In this document: positions 37,870 to 45,848 of the stretch, piece after piece
Numbering within the stretch: the first letter of the stretch is position 1
Layout: each line of letters begins with the position of its first letter
Virus record (IMG/VR): IMGVR_UViG_3300006217_002764
Length of the DNA: 64,000 nt
From: a virus
Taxonomy: Duplodnaviria; Heunggongvirae; Uroviricota; Caudoviricetes
Direction: 5' to 3' (one strand)
Program-made: the position numbers and the translations under genes
Notes under the pieces: model-generated
Seen by the model: only the letters and a program-made list of their open reading frames with translations
What the model was told of the DNA's origin: nothing
Databases searched by the model: none

Positions 37870-38853
37870 ATGGATCGACTTGACGACGAGAACATCGCGC
37901 TGCTCACGCTGCTCTACTCCTGCAAACGACCCGACAGTTGGAAGAGCCTGACTAACCAGTGTCTGGTCGAGGGAAGCGCGCGGCGGGTGTTGATGAACCG
38001 GCTGGACGCGCAAAGCAACCCGTTGCGCGAATTCGACGAGGTAGAACCCGAAGATTTCGCCTTGTTCCCCGAACCGTTGAGCGACGCGCGCCAGCGAGAA
38101 TACGACGCCGCGGCTAGGGAAGCAGAGCGAGACTACGACGAGTGGATGCGCGCCGAGTTGAGGTTCGTCAGCATCTTCGATTCCGACTATCCGCATCTGC
38201 TGCTTGATAGCGTGGACGCCCCGCCGTTCATGTTCTCCAAAGGCCTGCTTCTGTCTGACGATCGTGGTGTCAGTGTCGTAGGGTCGCGCCATGCCAGTCC
38301 GCAAGGTCTGGAGTTCGCGCAGGAAGTCGCAGCGATGCTCGCGAAGCGGAGTTTGACCGTTGTCGCAGGATTGGCCGAAGGTGTGGATACCGCGGCGCAT
38401 CAGGCTGCATTGGATGCCGGTGCGAGGACCGTCGCGTTCATCGGCACCGGCATCAACCGCGCCTACCCCGCATCCAACCGTGCTTTGCAGGAACGCATAG
38501 CGCATGAAGGATTGGTGTTGTCCCAGTTCAAGCCGGACGCGCCACCGACTCGCCAGACGTTCCCTATGCGCAACGCGGTCATGTCATCCTACGGGTTGGC
38601 GTCCGTCATCTGCGACGCCGGGGAACATTCCGGCACGCGCATCCAAGCAAGGCAGGCCATGCAGCACGGCCGGCCGATCATCTTCCGTCAGCAGGTCGTT
38701 GAGCAGACGCGATGGGCGCATAGCTATCTGGACAAGCCCAACGTGTACGTTGCTCGCACCGTAAACGATGTGGCGCGGTTCATTGACGCCATCTTCCACA
38801 CGGCGCTTGTGCAGGTGGACGACGACTATCTGCGTATACCGTTGGGAGTGTGA
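37870..38853 (+). CDS. dprA: DprA/Smf-like DNA-processing protein (Rossmann/SLOG fold)
   Basis: VVGSRHASPQG...VVAGLAEGVDTAAHQAALDAG...FIGTGINRAYP...FPMRNAVMS...VICDAGEHSGTRIQARQAMQHGRPI matches the DprA core. TATAAT at about 37832. Confidence 0.7.
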   Translation: MDRLDDENIALLTLLYSCKRPDSWKSLTNQCLVEGSARRVLMNRLDAQSNPLREFDEVEPEDFALFPEPLSDARQREYDAAAREAERDYDEWMRAELRFVSIFDSDYPHLLLDSVDAPPFMFSKGLLLSDDRGVSVVGSRHASPQGLEFAQEVAAMLAKRSLTVVAGLAEGVDTAAHQAALDAGARTVAFIGTGINRAYPASNRALQERIAHEGLVLSQFKPDAPPTRQTFPMRNAVMSSYGLASVICDAGEHSGTRIQARQAMQHGRPIIFRQQVVEQTRWAHSYLDKPNVYVARTVNDVARFIDAIFHTALVQVDDDYLRIPLGV

Positions 38854-39668
38854 TGATGGACGGGGCCAGTGAAATCCGCAGACGGCATGAGGCGTCATTG
38901 GCGGCCACGGTGGGCAGTTTCGCACAGAGCGTCGTCTACCGCAGTACCAGAGATCACGTCTGCCCTATCTGTGGCGGGGCAAAGAAAGATGGATACGCGT
39001 GGTGTGTCTCATGTAGCGCCCATCATCATTCGCCATACAAGGCGCAGCTGGCGGATATGGTTCGCATCTTCGCGTATGCGCCGATGGAATGCTCCAGCGA
39101 TGTATCCAATCAGATGACACGGTACATGTACCGATACAAGGAAGACCGGGCCGGTTCCGAACTGGCGCAGGCGGCGGTCACAGAGATTCTGGTCACGGAG
39201 CTGGTGTTGCGTTGGGGCTGCATAAAAGAGGTCTCGGGAGGCGTAGCGCCTACCGCGTGGTCAACCATCCCCTCGACCACGAACAGCCCGAGGGCCGGTA
39301 TCGAGCATCCTTTGCATCGCATTGTCCGTCAGGTTTTGCCCCGTGTCCCGGAGGTCAAGCTGAGGGCGGTAGGCGCGAAAGGCAGGAGCTTGTCGCCTGA
39401 TCTGTTCCAGATGGAGTGCGAGTGTGCGCCTGACACGCTTCGGCATGTGTTGCTGATCGATGACACGTGGGCCACCGGGGGCAATGTGCAGTCGGCCGCG
39501 GTCTCGTTGAAGCGCGCCGGCGCGCAACGGGTCACGGTGTTCTGTGTGGCGCGTGTTGTGAACTATGCGTTTTGCGCCTCGATAGGCGAGGGGGTGGCGG
39601 ACGGTTTCCGTTCGCTGTCTTTCCGCGGCGGTCAGTGGTGCCCGTGGCATTGCATGGTCGAACCGTAA
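38850..39668 (+). CDS. ComF-like phosphoribosyltransferase-fold protein with N-terminal Cys4 zinc finger
   Basis: CPICGG...CVSCS finger, then the PRPP-binding signature HVLLIDDTWATGGNVQSAAVSLKRAGAQRVTVFCVAR. Start overlaps the dprA stop. Confidence 0.6.
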   Translation: MMMDGASEIRRRHEASLAATVGSFAQSVVYRSTRDHVCPICGGAKKDGYAWCVSCSAHHHSPYKAQLADMVRIFAYAPMECSSDVSNQMTRYMYRYKEDRAGSELAQAAVTEILVTELVLRWGCIKEVSGGVAPTAWSTIPSTTNSPRAGIEHPLHRIVRQVLPRVPEVKLRAVGAKGRSLSPDLFQMECECAPDTLRHVLLIDDTWATGGNVQSAAVSLKRAGAQRVTVFCVARVVNYAFCASIGEGVADGFRSLSFRGGQWCPWHCMVEP

Positions 39669-39710
39669 CGTGCTTTGTTGTGGCGTATGTTTTGCGGCGG
39701 CTTGCAATAA

Positions 39711-39768
39711 TAATCTGATTGGGCTATAGTTGTGGTTGTCAACGAAAACACACCACAAGGAGACCATC
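39711..39768 (+). promoter_or_regulatory. conserved promoter/5'UTR palindrome motif (type 2)
   Basis: ctgattgggcTATAGTtgtggttgtcaacgAAAACACaccaCAAGGAGaccatcATG. Confidence 0.5.
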
Positions 39769-40563
39769 ATGGACACCAAGCAAAGCGCCACCCTGTTGTG
39801 CGCCGCTATCGACAAGGACGGCGAACCATACACCACACAGATTGTCGCCTTCATCTCCCCCGGCCTGCCGTACTTCTCGATCATCGGCATGCCCGACACC
39901 TTTTTGGGAGGCGTACGCGAACGCATCCACACCGCCATGGGTGCACAAGGGTTCACATGGCCCGCCACGCGCGTCACGGCCAACATCATGCCCGCCAGCA
40001 GGCACAAGGACGGGCGCGCGCACGAACTCGCCGTCGCCGCCAGCATCCTGTGCGCCAACGGTGTCCTGGACAAAGCGCTGTTCGACCATGCGGCCCTGAT
40101 CGGCCGCCTCGACGACGATGGAGACTGGCATAGCGGCGGGCGCATCCAGCGCGTCGAACACCTGCCCGAACTCGTACGCCATCTCGCTACGCAGGATGTG
40201 CGCACCATCATCATTCCCGCAGCAAACACGGATGTCGAACCCATCGACGGCGTACGGTTCATCCGCGTATCCACGTTGGCGGACCTGACCACCATCAATG
40301 AAGGCACCCGGCCAGTGTGCGACCGTATCGACCGGTTGGTGAATGAGGCGCGCGGCGTCATGGACACCCGGCAGGAAGAACTATTGGACGCGCGCATCCG
40401 GGAACTCGAAGACGCAGTGGACACGCTCAACAGCGTCATCGAACAAGAAGAACGCGACCCCAACGCACGGGAATCGGCCGACATCGCCGAAGCCGAACAA
40501 ACCATCGACGAACTACAGGACCAGCTCGACACACTGAACGACAAGGAAAGGGAAGAATATTGA
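39769..40563 (+). CDS. ComM/YifB N-terminal-domain protein lacking the AAA+ ATPase module
   Basis: ISPGLPYFSIIGMPDTFLGGVRERIHTAMGAQGFTWPATRVTANIMPASRHKDGRAHELAVAASIL aligns to the ComM N-terminal (Lon-like) domain. The C-terminal half is an acidic coiled-coil. No Walker motifs. Confidence 0.55.
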   Translation: MDTKQSATLLCAAIDKDGEPYTTQIVAFISPGLPYFSIIGMPDTFLGGVRERIHTAMGAQGFTWPATRVTANIMPASRHKDGRAHELAVAASILCANGVLDKALFDHAALIGRLDDDGDWHSGGRIQRVEHLPELVRHLATQDVRTIIIPAANTDVEPIDGVRFIRVSTLADLTTINEGTRPVCDRIDRLVNEARGVMDTRQEELLDARIRELEDAVDTLNSVIEQEERDPNARESADIAEAEQTIDELQDQLDTLNDKEREEY

Positions 40564-41027
40564 AAGCACCCGACACCGACCAAGCGACCCGCTTGGCCCG
40601 CGGCCAACGGTTAAAAACCATGCGCACGGCCGCAGGCCTGTCGCAAAGCCAACTCGCCGCATCCATGAGCGCACGCTACAGCGTCAGCCGCTACGAGACC
40701 GGCAGCCGCGACGCGGGCAACATGACCCTGGGAATGGCAAGCAAACTCGCCACCGCCCTAGGCATGGACGTGGACACCTTCACCCAAACCCTATTGGACA
40801 TCCCCGCGTGGCCCACCCTGCCCGCACGCCGCTACGAAACCCTCAAACGCCGCCTACGCCGCCTCGACCACACCCAAGCATGGCTCGCCGAACAGACCGG
40901 ACTCACCCCGTTGCAGGTCAGCCGGTACGCGACCGGCAATACGTACCTGACCCAGTTGAGCCTGGAACGCGCCACCCGGATCGCGCAGGCCCTGCAAGCG
41001 GACCTCGCGGACTTGTCGCAATGGTGA
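40560..41027 (+). CDS. tandem XRE-family HTH transcriptional regulator
   Basis: TTG start overlapping the upstream stop. Two Cro/C1-type HTH units (LKTMRTAAGLSQSQLA and AWLAEQTGLTPLQVSRYATG). Confidence 0.55.
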   Translation: MKAPDTDQATRLARGQRLKTMRTAAGLSQSQLAASMSARYSVSRYETGSRDAGNMTLGMASKLATALGMDVDTFTQTLLDIPAWPTLPARRYETLKRRLRRLDHTQAWLAEQTGLTPLQVSRYATGNTYLTQLSLERATRIAQALQADLADLSQW

Positions 41028-41078
41028 TCGAGGCTGCCGCGACTTGCACAAGTGTATCCCTTGAGATACAATCATGGT

Positions 41079-41390
41079 ATGAGGATACTAACCACCAGAG
41101 AGTACGAGCGCTGGCTCTCGAAACTCAAAGACAAACAAGCGAAAGCGCGAATCATCCTCAAAACAAACCAGATCCAGCAAAGCGGCATCAAGACCGCCGA
41201 CTTCAAACACGTGGGACGGGAGGTTCTGGAACTGCGGTTCCACTTCGGAGCCGGATACCGCGTATATTGCGCCACCAAGCAAGACACCCTGCTCCTGCTG
41301 CTCACAGGCGGAGACAAAAGCTCCCAGCGCAAGGACATCGAAACCGCTCAACGGCTTCTGGATGAAGCCAGAAAGGAACATCAATGGTGA
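41079..41390 (+). CDS. HigB/RelE-superfamily addiction-module killer protein
   Basis: REYERWLSKLKDKQAKARI...VGREVLELRFHFGAGYRVYCATKQDTLLLLLTGGDKSSQ matches the addiction-module killer family. Confidence 0.6.
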   Translation: MRILTTREYERWLSKLKDKQAKARIILKTNQIQQSGIKTADFKHVGREVLELRFHFGAGYRVYCATKQDTLLLLLTGGDKSSQRKDIETAQRLLDEARKEHQW

Positions 41391-41671
41391 ACATCAGCGA
41401 ATGGGACGCCAGCGAATACCTCGACGACGAGGAAACCATCCTCGAATACCTCAACGCCGCCGCCCAGGCAGGCGACCCCCGGCTGCTCCAAACCGCACTT
41501 GGGGACGTCGCCAAAGCACGTGGCATGGCACAGGTCGCCAAAGACGCCGGAGTCGGCCGTGAAAGCCTGTACAAGAGCCTCAGCCCAAGTGGCAACCCAT
41601 CGTTCGGCACGATCATGAAAGTCGTACGTTCTTTGGGCGGGCGCATCACCATCGAACCCGCCGCCGTCTAA
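41384..41671 (+). CDS. HigA-type HTH antidote protein
   Basis: ATGGTGA overlap with the toxin gene. DPRLLQTALGDVAKARGMAQVAKDAGVGRESLYKSLS matches the addiction-module antidote family. Confidence 0.6.
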   Translation: MVNISEWDASEYLDDEETILEYLNAAAQAGDPRLLQTALGDVAKARGMAQVAKDAGVGRESLYKSLSPSGNPSFGTIMKVVRSLGGRITIEPAAV

Positions 41672-42021
41672 CCCGGAAAACTGCGGCTGCCCCGTCCGAA
41701 CATGTGTCGGACGGGGCAGCCGTGGTAGAGAAAATGCCGGCACGACAAAACATGCCGGACGACACAAGTTAGCGTACCACAATCCGGCACCAGCACCGGC
41801 GGGCAGCTGCGCGATCAGCGCCGTATGCAACGGCAGACAGGAACGGATACGGCTGGCGGTTCGACAGTTGAGCACAACAAAAGGGTGTGATAGCCGAAAC
41901 TTCCAGCCATCACACCCTGAAATACCCTTTGGTTGTTTAATGTCAACGAAAACACCCAAGGAGCACAAACCAGTATAACACGTTTAGATACTAACAGCAG
42001 CCCAAATCCCGCCCATGCTGG

Positions 42022-43299
42022 TCACCACTCGTCGCGCAGGCGGTCCAGTTCGTCGAACGGTGCCGCCAGTTGCATCATGTAATCCGCCTGCCTGCTCTCA
42101 TCGGCCTCGTTGAACACGTCCATGCCATGCTCATCCCTCGTCGGAAGGTACACATGGAACCGGTCGAGCATTCCCTCATGTTCCATGTATACGTGCAATG
42201 CGTCAAGGAAATACGGCGAATGCGTCGTGACCAGCACCTTGACATCCATGCGTTGCGCCATCATCACCAGTATCTTCGCATAGCTGAGCTGCCATTTGGG
42301 ATGCAGATGGATTTCCGGCTCGTCCAATATCAGCACCGTGCCCGCCCTGACCACGCCAGTGGATAGCAGCCGGTGCAGCATCAGGAGGGATTTGACACCC
42401 ATGGACGCGTTGTGCAGTTTCAACGCCTCACCATCACGCACATCCAACGTCCGATCGCGGAACTGCCGCCCCTGCATATCTGGGCGCCTGTCCAACGAAA
42501 CTGGTGTGATGTGTTCGATCGCGCGCATCACCTCCAGCACCCTGTCGTCCGGCTGCCACTCCTCCACGATCGCATTGTGGGTGGCGTCCGTGATCGCCCG
42601 CAACGCCACATGACGATCGTCCTCGCGGGGACGGCCGTACAATACATGACCGTACAAGCCGGTCAGGTTCTCGATCAACGCCGGGGTGTCCACCCACACC
42701 GCGTTCGGTCCCGCGAACGAGTCCCCGTCGAAAACATGGTCATCCGGCATGTCCCATGACATCGATGTCACCGCCCCGTCATCGGTATGCAACGCCAGAC
42801 GATGCCCCTTCCCATAGCCATCCACACGGGACAACGCATCCTCGTCGAACAGCGAGGACAAGCGCAGGTCGATCTGGGATGCCGCGTACTCCGTCAACCG
42901 CATGTTCACTGCGGCTTCGATCTGCGCGCGGACGGCATTGACGTCTTGCATCCGGATGCCTTCACTGTGCAAGGCAGTGATGAAATCCTCCACATCCATG
43001 TCTGTCGATTCCATAAACCGATCGGTCTGCTCATGCACCTGAAGGACCGTCTGCCGCCGCTGAGCCCATGTCTCGTCCTCATCCGACGGGACCATCCCGC
43101 TTTGCACGGCCTGTCGTATGGCCCGGCGTGTGGCATCCGTCATGCGCCGATCCAAGTCGAACCGTCCGTCGATCAACGCCAACGCCGCCTTGCCTATAGT
43201 GGACTTGCCCGTGTTGTTCTCACCGGCGATGACCGTGACCCCATCAAGCCTGATATGCGCTTCAGCGATACGACCGATTCCCATGACCTCAAGTTCCAT
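42022..43299 (-). CDS. AAA_21/ABC-like ATPase of the OLD/Gabija/PARIS ATPase class
   Basis: Walker A GENNTGKST, Walker B/D-loop LILDEPEIHLHP, and H-loop VTTHSPYFL. Confidence 0.6.
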   Translation of the reverse strand: MELEVMGIGRIAEAHIRLDGVTVIAGENNTGKSTIGKAALALIDGRFDLDRRMTDATRRAIRQAVQSGMVPSDEDETWAQRRQTVLQVHEQTDRFMESTDMDVEDFITALHSEGIRMQDVNAVRAQIEAAVNMRLTEYAASQIDLRLSSLFDEDALSRVDGYGKGHRLALHTDDGAVTSMSWDMPDDHVFDGDSFAGPNAVWVDTPALIENLTGLYGHVLYGRPREDDRHVALRAITDATHNAIVEEWQPDDRVLEVMRAIEHITPVSLDRRPDMQGRQFRDRTLDVRDGEALKLHNASMGVKSLLMLHRLLSTGVVRAGTVLILDEPEIHLHPKWQLSYAKILVMMAQRMDVKVLVTTHSPYFLDALHVYMEHEGMLDRFHVYLPTRDEHGMDVFNEADESRQADYMMQLAAPFDELDRLRDEW

Positions 43300-43364
43300 G
43301 CCGACCATTCAGCCGTCTCCCGTCGATAACTTCCATGCCGCCAAACGGATTGCCTACAAGCCGT

Positions 43365-43529
43365 TCACTCCACCTGTAATCTGCGCCGGCGTTCATGTTC
43401 TTTCTTGGCCGCCTCAATGAAATCCTTGGTGAAGGAACGCTCGAGGCTGTCCCAGTACTGTCTTGCGTTCAAATTGCGTCCGGTGGGCGCGGTCGGCTTC
43501 CGGGGCGTGTTCGACATGCTTCCGATCAT
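43365..43529 (-). CDS. small basic protein, tandem paralog A
   Basis: 54 codons ending ...FTKDFIEAAKKEHERRRRLQVE. About 70% identical at the DNA level to the adjacent copy. Confidence 0.3.
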   Translation of the reverse strand: MIGSMSNTPRKPTAPTGRNLNARQYWDSLERSFTKDFIEAAKKEHERRRRLQVE

Positions 43530-43720
43530 TGCGTTGACCTTTCTTTCACCGCTGCCGATGGGATTGGGCAAGGGCCACCGGCCTGCATTCGCCGTCGCCG
43601 CTCGTATTCCTTCTTGGCCTTTCGAAGGAAATCCTGGTTGAACGATCGTCGCAGACTCTCCCCGTACTCTTTCGGGGTCAGGCCGCGTCCGGTGGGCGCG
43701 CTCGGCTTGTCGGGTGTGGG
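43526..43720 (-). CDS. small basic protein, tandem paralog B
   Basis: MSGTMPPTPDKPSAPTGRGLTPKEYGESLRRSFNQDFLRKAKKEYERRRRMQ... paralog of A. Confidence 0.3.
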   Translation of the reverse strand, partial: PTPDKPSAPTGRGLTPKEYGESLRRSFNQDFLRKAKKEYERRRRMQAGGPCPIPSAAVKERSTQ

Positions 43721-43759
43721 CGGCATGGTTCCGGACATTTGAGGCACTCCTTGCTGGCG

Positions 43760-43855
43760 GGATTGTTCCTTGTAGGACGGCCCGGAATCGAACCGGCGCC
43801 ACCACCCGAGCACGAATGGTGACGAACCTGCTGTACCGCCCTGGATACCGACCGG
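43760..43855 (-). other. tRNA-like fragment (T-arm plus acceptor present, no clean cloverleaf)
   Basis: GGTTCGATTCC T-loop and a pairing acceptor (agggcgg/ccgtcct). The internal region has direct rather than inverted repeats. Confidence 0.3.
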
Positions 43856-44042
43856 CGTCTAGAATCCGGTCGGAGAACCCGGTCCCAGTCATCCTCCCTT
43901 GCCGCCATTGTCTCCTCCGCAACAGAGGGGGCCGCCGGGTCGAGAGGCTCCCGTTCTCCCACGTTCGCAGCCAATACTCCTCCCCGTCTTCAATCGGGGG
44001 AACAGCTACCCGTTCGGTGAGATCCCGGACGGAACCGGATTC

Positions 44043-44115
44043 GTGGGCTGGCGGGATTCGAACCCGCGACCTCCGGATTAAACGTCCGGTGCTCTGTCCT
44101 CTGAGCTACAGCCCC
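44043..44115 (-). tRNA. tRNA-Lys(TTT)-like with unusual G33 (anticodon loop cgTTTaa)
   Basis: Hand-folded. D-stem gctc/gagc, anticodon stem ccgga/tccgg, T-arm gcggg-TTCGAAT-cccgc. 1:72 is G:A. Confidence 0.45.
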
Positions 44116-44256
44116 GCGCATGCCCACCGTCATGATCGGCCGGATATGCGGGATGCGTTCACCATCGCCTTATGGTGTTGCCGAAGATGGCGTGTCTTCG
44201 ACCGTTCCGATCTTTAATAGGATCGTAGACGAGCCTGCACCAAGGCCCGACCTGCG

Positions 44257-44325
44257 TGGGGCGGCCGGATTCGAACCAGCATCCGCTAGCGCTCTGCCAT
44301 TTGAGCTACGCCCCCGGTGGGATGG
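44257..44325 (-). other. truncated tRNA-like element (acceptor, D-arm and T-arm but no anticodon arm)
   Basis: About 64 nt. gggggcg-ta-gctcaaatggcagagc...gctgg-TTCGAAT-ccggc-cgcccc. Confidence 0.35.
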
Positions 44326-44413
44326 CGATCAACCCATCCCCTCCACCTGCACCGATACCGGTGGGGCCCCGTATTGGCGGGGCCATCGGCTCGGGGATAC
44401 CGGTCCGATCGGA

Positions 44414-44484
44414 ACCGGAATCGCACACCGGGATGGAATCGAACCACCGCCTGCGGTTTTGGAGACCGCCGTCCTACCATTGGA
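44414..44484 (-). tRNA. tRNA-Trp(CCA)
   Basis: Hand-folded. Anticodon loop ctCCAaa on stem gcggt/accgc, D-stem gtcc/ggac, T-loop TTCGATT, acceptor with two G-U pairs. Confidence 0.55.
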
Positions 44485-44659
44485 CCACCGGCATATATGG
44501 TGCGCGTCCCTCATGGGCAACGCACCACCGTCCCATGCGTCCGCCTACCATCACGACCTATAGCCACGCCCCTTGATGGGCACAACAACGCCGCTCGGCA
44601 AGCCGACCACACGGGCCCGCATCCAAAACCGTCAACTGGCGTTCCGGTTGGATGCCTCG

Positions 44660-44732
44660 CAGGCGAGGCAGGATTCGAACCTGCAACCCACGGTTCCAAA
44701 GACCGTCGTGCTGCCAATTGCACCACTCGCCT
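44660..44732 (-). tRNA. tRNA-Gln(TTG)
   Basis: Acceptor aggcgag/ctcgcct perfect, D-stem gtgc/gcac, anticodon loop ctTTGga, T-arm gcagg-TTCGAAT-cctgc. Confidence 0.6.
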
Positions 44733-44947
44733 ATACCATGCGGCCTATGCGGCCGCGATGGTCACGGTTTGCGCGCCCAATCACCCGCTGGGCACCCTCC
44801 GCCGGTGCCGGAGGAGACGGACATTGCCCGCCTGTACGCCACCATGCTCTGCTTGGTCTGCCACGACAAGGTGGATGCCGCGGGAAGCCCGTATCATGGA
44901 CCCCTATGCCTGCCCATTGGACGCCGGGCAGGTGGCGTATCCTTTCG

Positions 44948-45020
44948 TGCTTTCGGCGGGATTCGAACCCGCGGCCTTCCGCTCCGGAGGCGGACGCCCT
45001 ATCCACTGGGCCACGAAAGC
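44948..45020 (-). tRNA. tRNA-Arg(CCG)
   Basis: Acceptor gctttcg/cgaaagc perfect, D-arm gccc-agtggata-gggc, anticodon loop ctCCGga, T-arm gcggg-TTCGAAT-cccgc. Confidence 0.65.
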
Positions 45021-45059
45021 GTAGTGTCCAGCGCCGTGCCAACGGCTGTGCACGTGCCT

Positions 45060-45110
45060 GATACGCACCGTGCGTGGAATCGAACCACGATCGGGATCGC
45101 CACCATAACC
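45060..45110 (-). other. tRNA fragment (isolated T-arm hairpin)
   Basis: cgtgg-TTCGATT-ccacg without matching acceptor or D-arm. Confidence 0.3.
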
Positions 45111-45233
45111 CGGTCGCCGCCCCCGCACCCCATACCGGGAGGGGCCGCACCACCAACCACACCGCTTTCATATCAGTACTCACGGCCAGCCGCGTGCGCA
45201 ACCGGTTCACAGCGCTTTCCAGCTCTGGACTCG

Positions 45234-45307
45234 TGCCCCCGGCAGGATTCGAACCTGCGACCGGACGGGTAGAAACCGTCTGCTCTGATCCACTGAGCTA
45301 CAAAGGC
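45234..45307 (-). tRNA. tRNA-Arg(TCT)
   Basis: D-arm gctc-agtggat-cagagc, anticodon loop ttTCTac on stem gacgg/ccgtc, T-arm gcagg-TTCGAAT-cctgc, acceptor with three G-U pairs. Confidence 0.55.
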
Positions 45308-45538
45308 AATCTCTTTCCCCCCGAGCGTATGAGTACGACCACCCGAGGGGAAAGAGCTGGAATGCCGGATTCGTTTTCACCAGCAGCGCCAAGGTACGGT
45401 GCGTGAGCTCCGTTTTAAGCGTACCGTCCGTTAGGTTACTAGCCTGACTGTGAAGCCCGAACGTGCCTTGCCCTCCATACCGTAGGGCGTTTCAGCCAAT
45501 TCCATGGACACCGAGTGATGGCCGTCACCCGGTGCCTG

Positions 45539-45613
45539 TGCTTCCCACGGGATTCGAACCCGTACTGAACTGGGTTTGAGCCAGTCACCTCTACCGGATT
45601 GGGTTAGAGAAGC
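45539..45613 (-). tRNA. tRNA-like with anticodon CAA (Leu codon UUG) but short variable arm
   Basis: Anticodon stem actgg/ccagt perfect with loop ctCAAac. T-arm acggg-TTCGAAT-cccgt. D-stem has one mismatch. Class-I architecture is atypical for Leu. Confidence 0.4.
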
Positions 45614-45712
45614 GTGACCACCTACCCCGCCTGACACGGAGCCGGCCAGCCGTCAGGAAACCAGCCTTCCATAATCGTGGCATCACAGCCGATGATCGAA
45701 CTGCTTCTTTCG

Positions 45713-45785
45713 TGCTCCCCGTGGGACTCGAACCCACAACCCAAGGCTTAAAAGGCCCCTGCTCTACCAATTGAGCTAGAAAAGC
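45713..45785 (-). tRNA. tRNA-Lys(TTT)
   Basis: D-arm gctc-aattggta-gagc, anticodon loop ctTTTaa, T-arm gtggg-TTCGAGT-cccac, acceptor with G-U pairs. Confidence 0.55.
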
Positions 45786-45817
45786 AATGGTGCACAAAAT
45801 AACCTAATCAGATTTTG

Positions 45818-45848
45818 CGAACATGTTCAGTTTAGCACATATAGACGA
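45818..45848 (-). promoter_or_regulatory. conserved promoter motif at head of tRNA array
   Basis: Minus-strand reading gives atatgtgcTAAACTgaacatgttcgc, 30 nt upstream of the first tRNA 5' end. Confidence 0.45.

Noticed and set aside
44120-45272. Multiple 100-235-aa ORFs on both strands across 43700-45400
   Set aside because: They span the tRNA genes. Pro/Arg/Gly-rich translations are typical of GC-rich structured RNA regions.
45360-45540. Possible structured ncRNA (tmRNA or RNase P-like) between tRNA-Arg(TCT) and the CAA tRNA
   Set aside because: I found no tRNA-like domain and pseudoknot pattern of tmRNA, and no RNase P conserved regions. Left unannotated.
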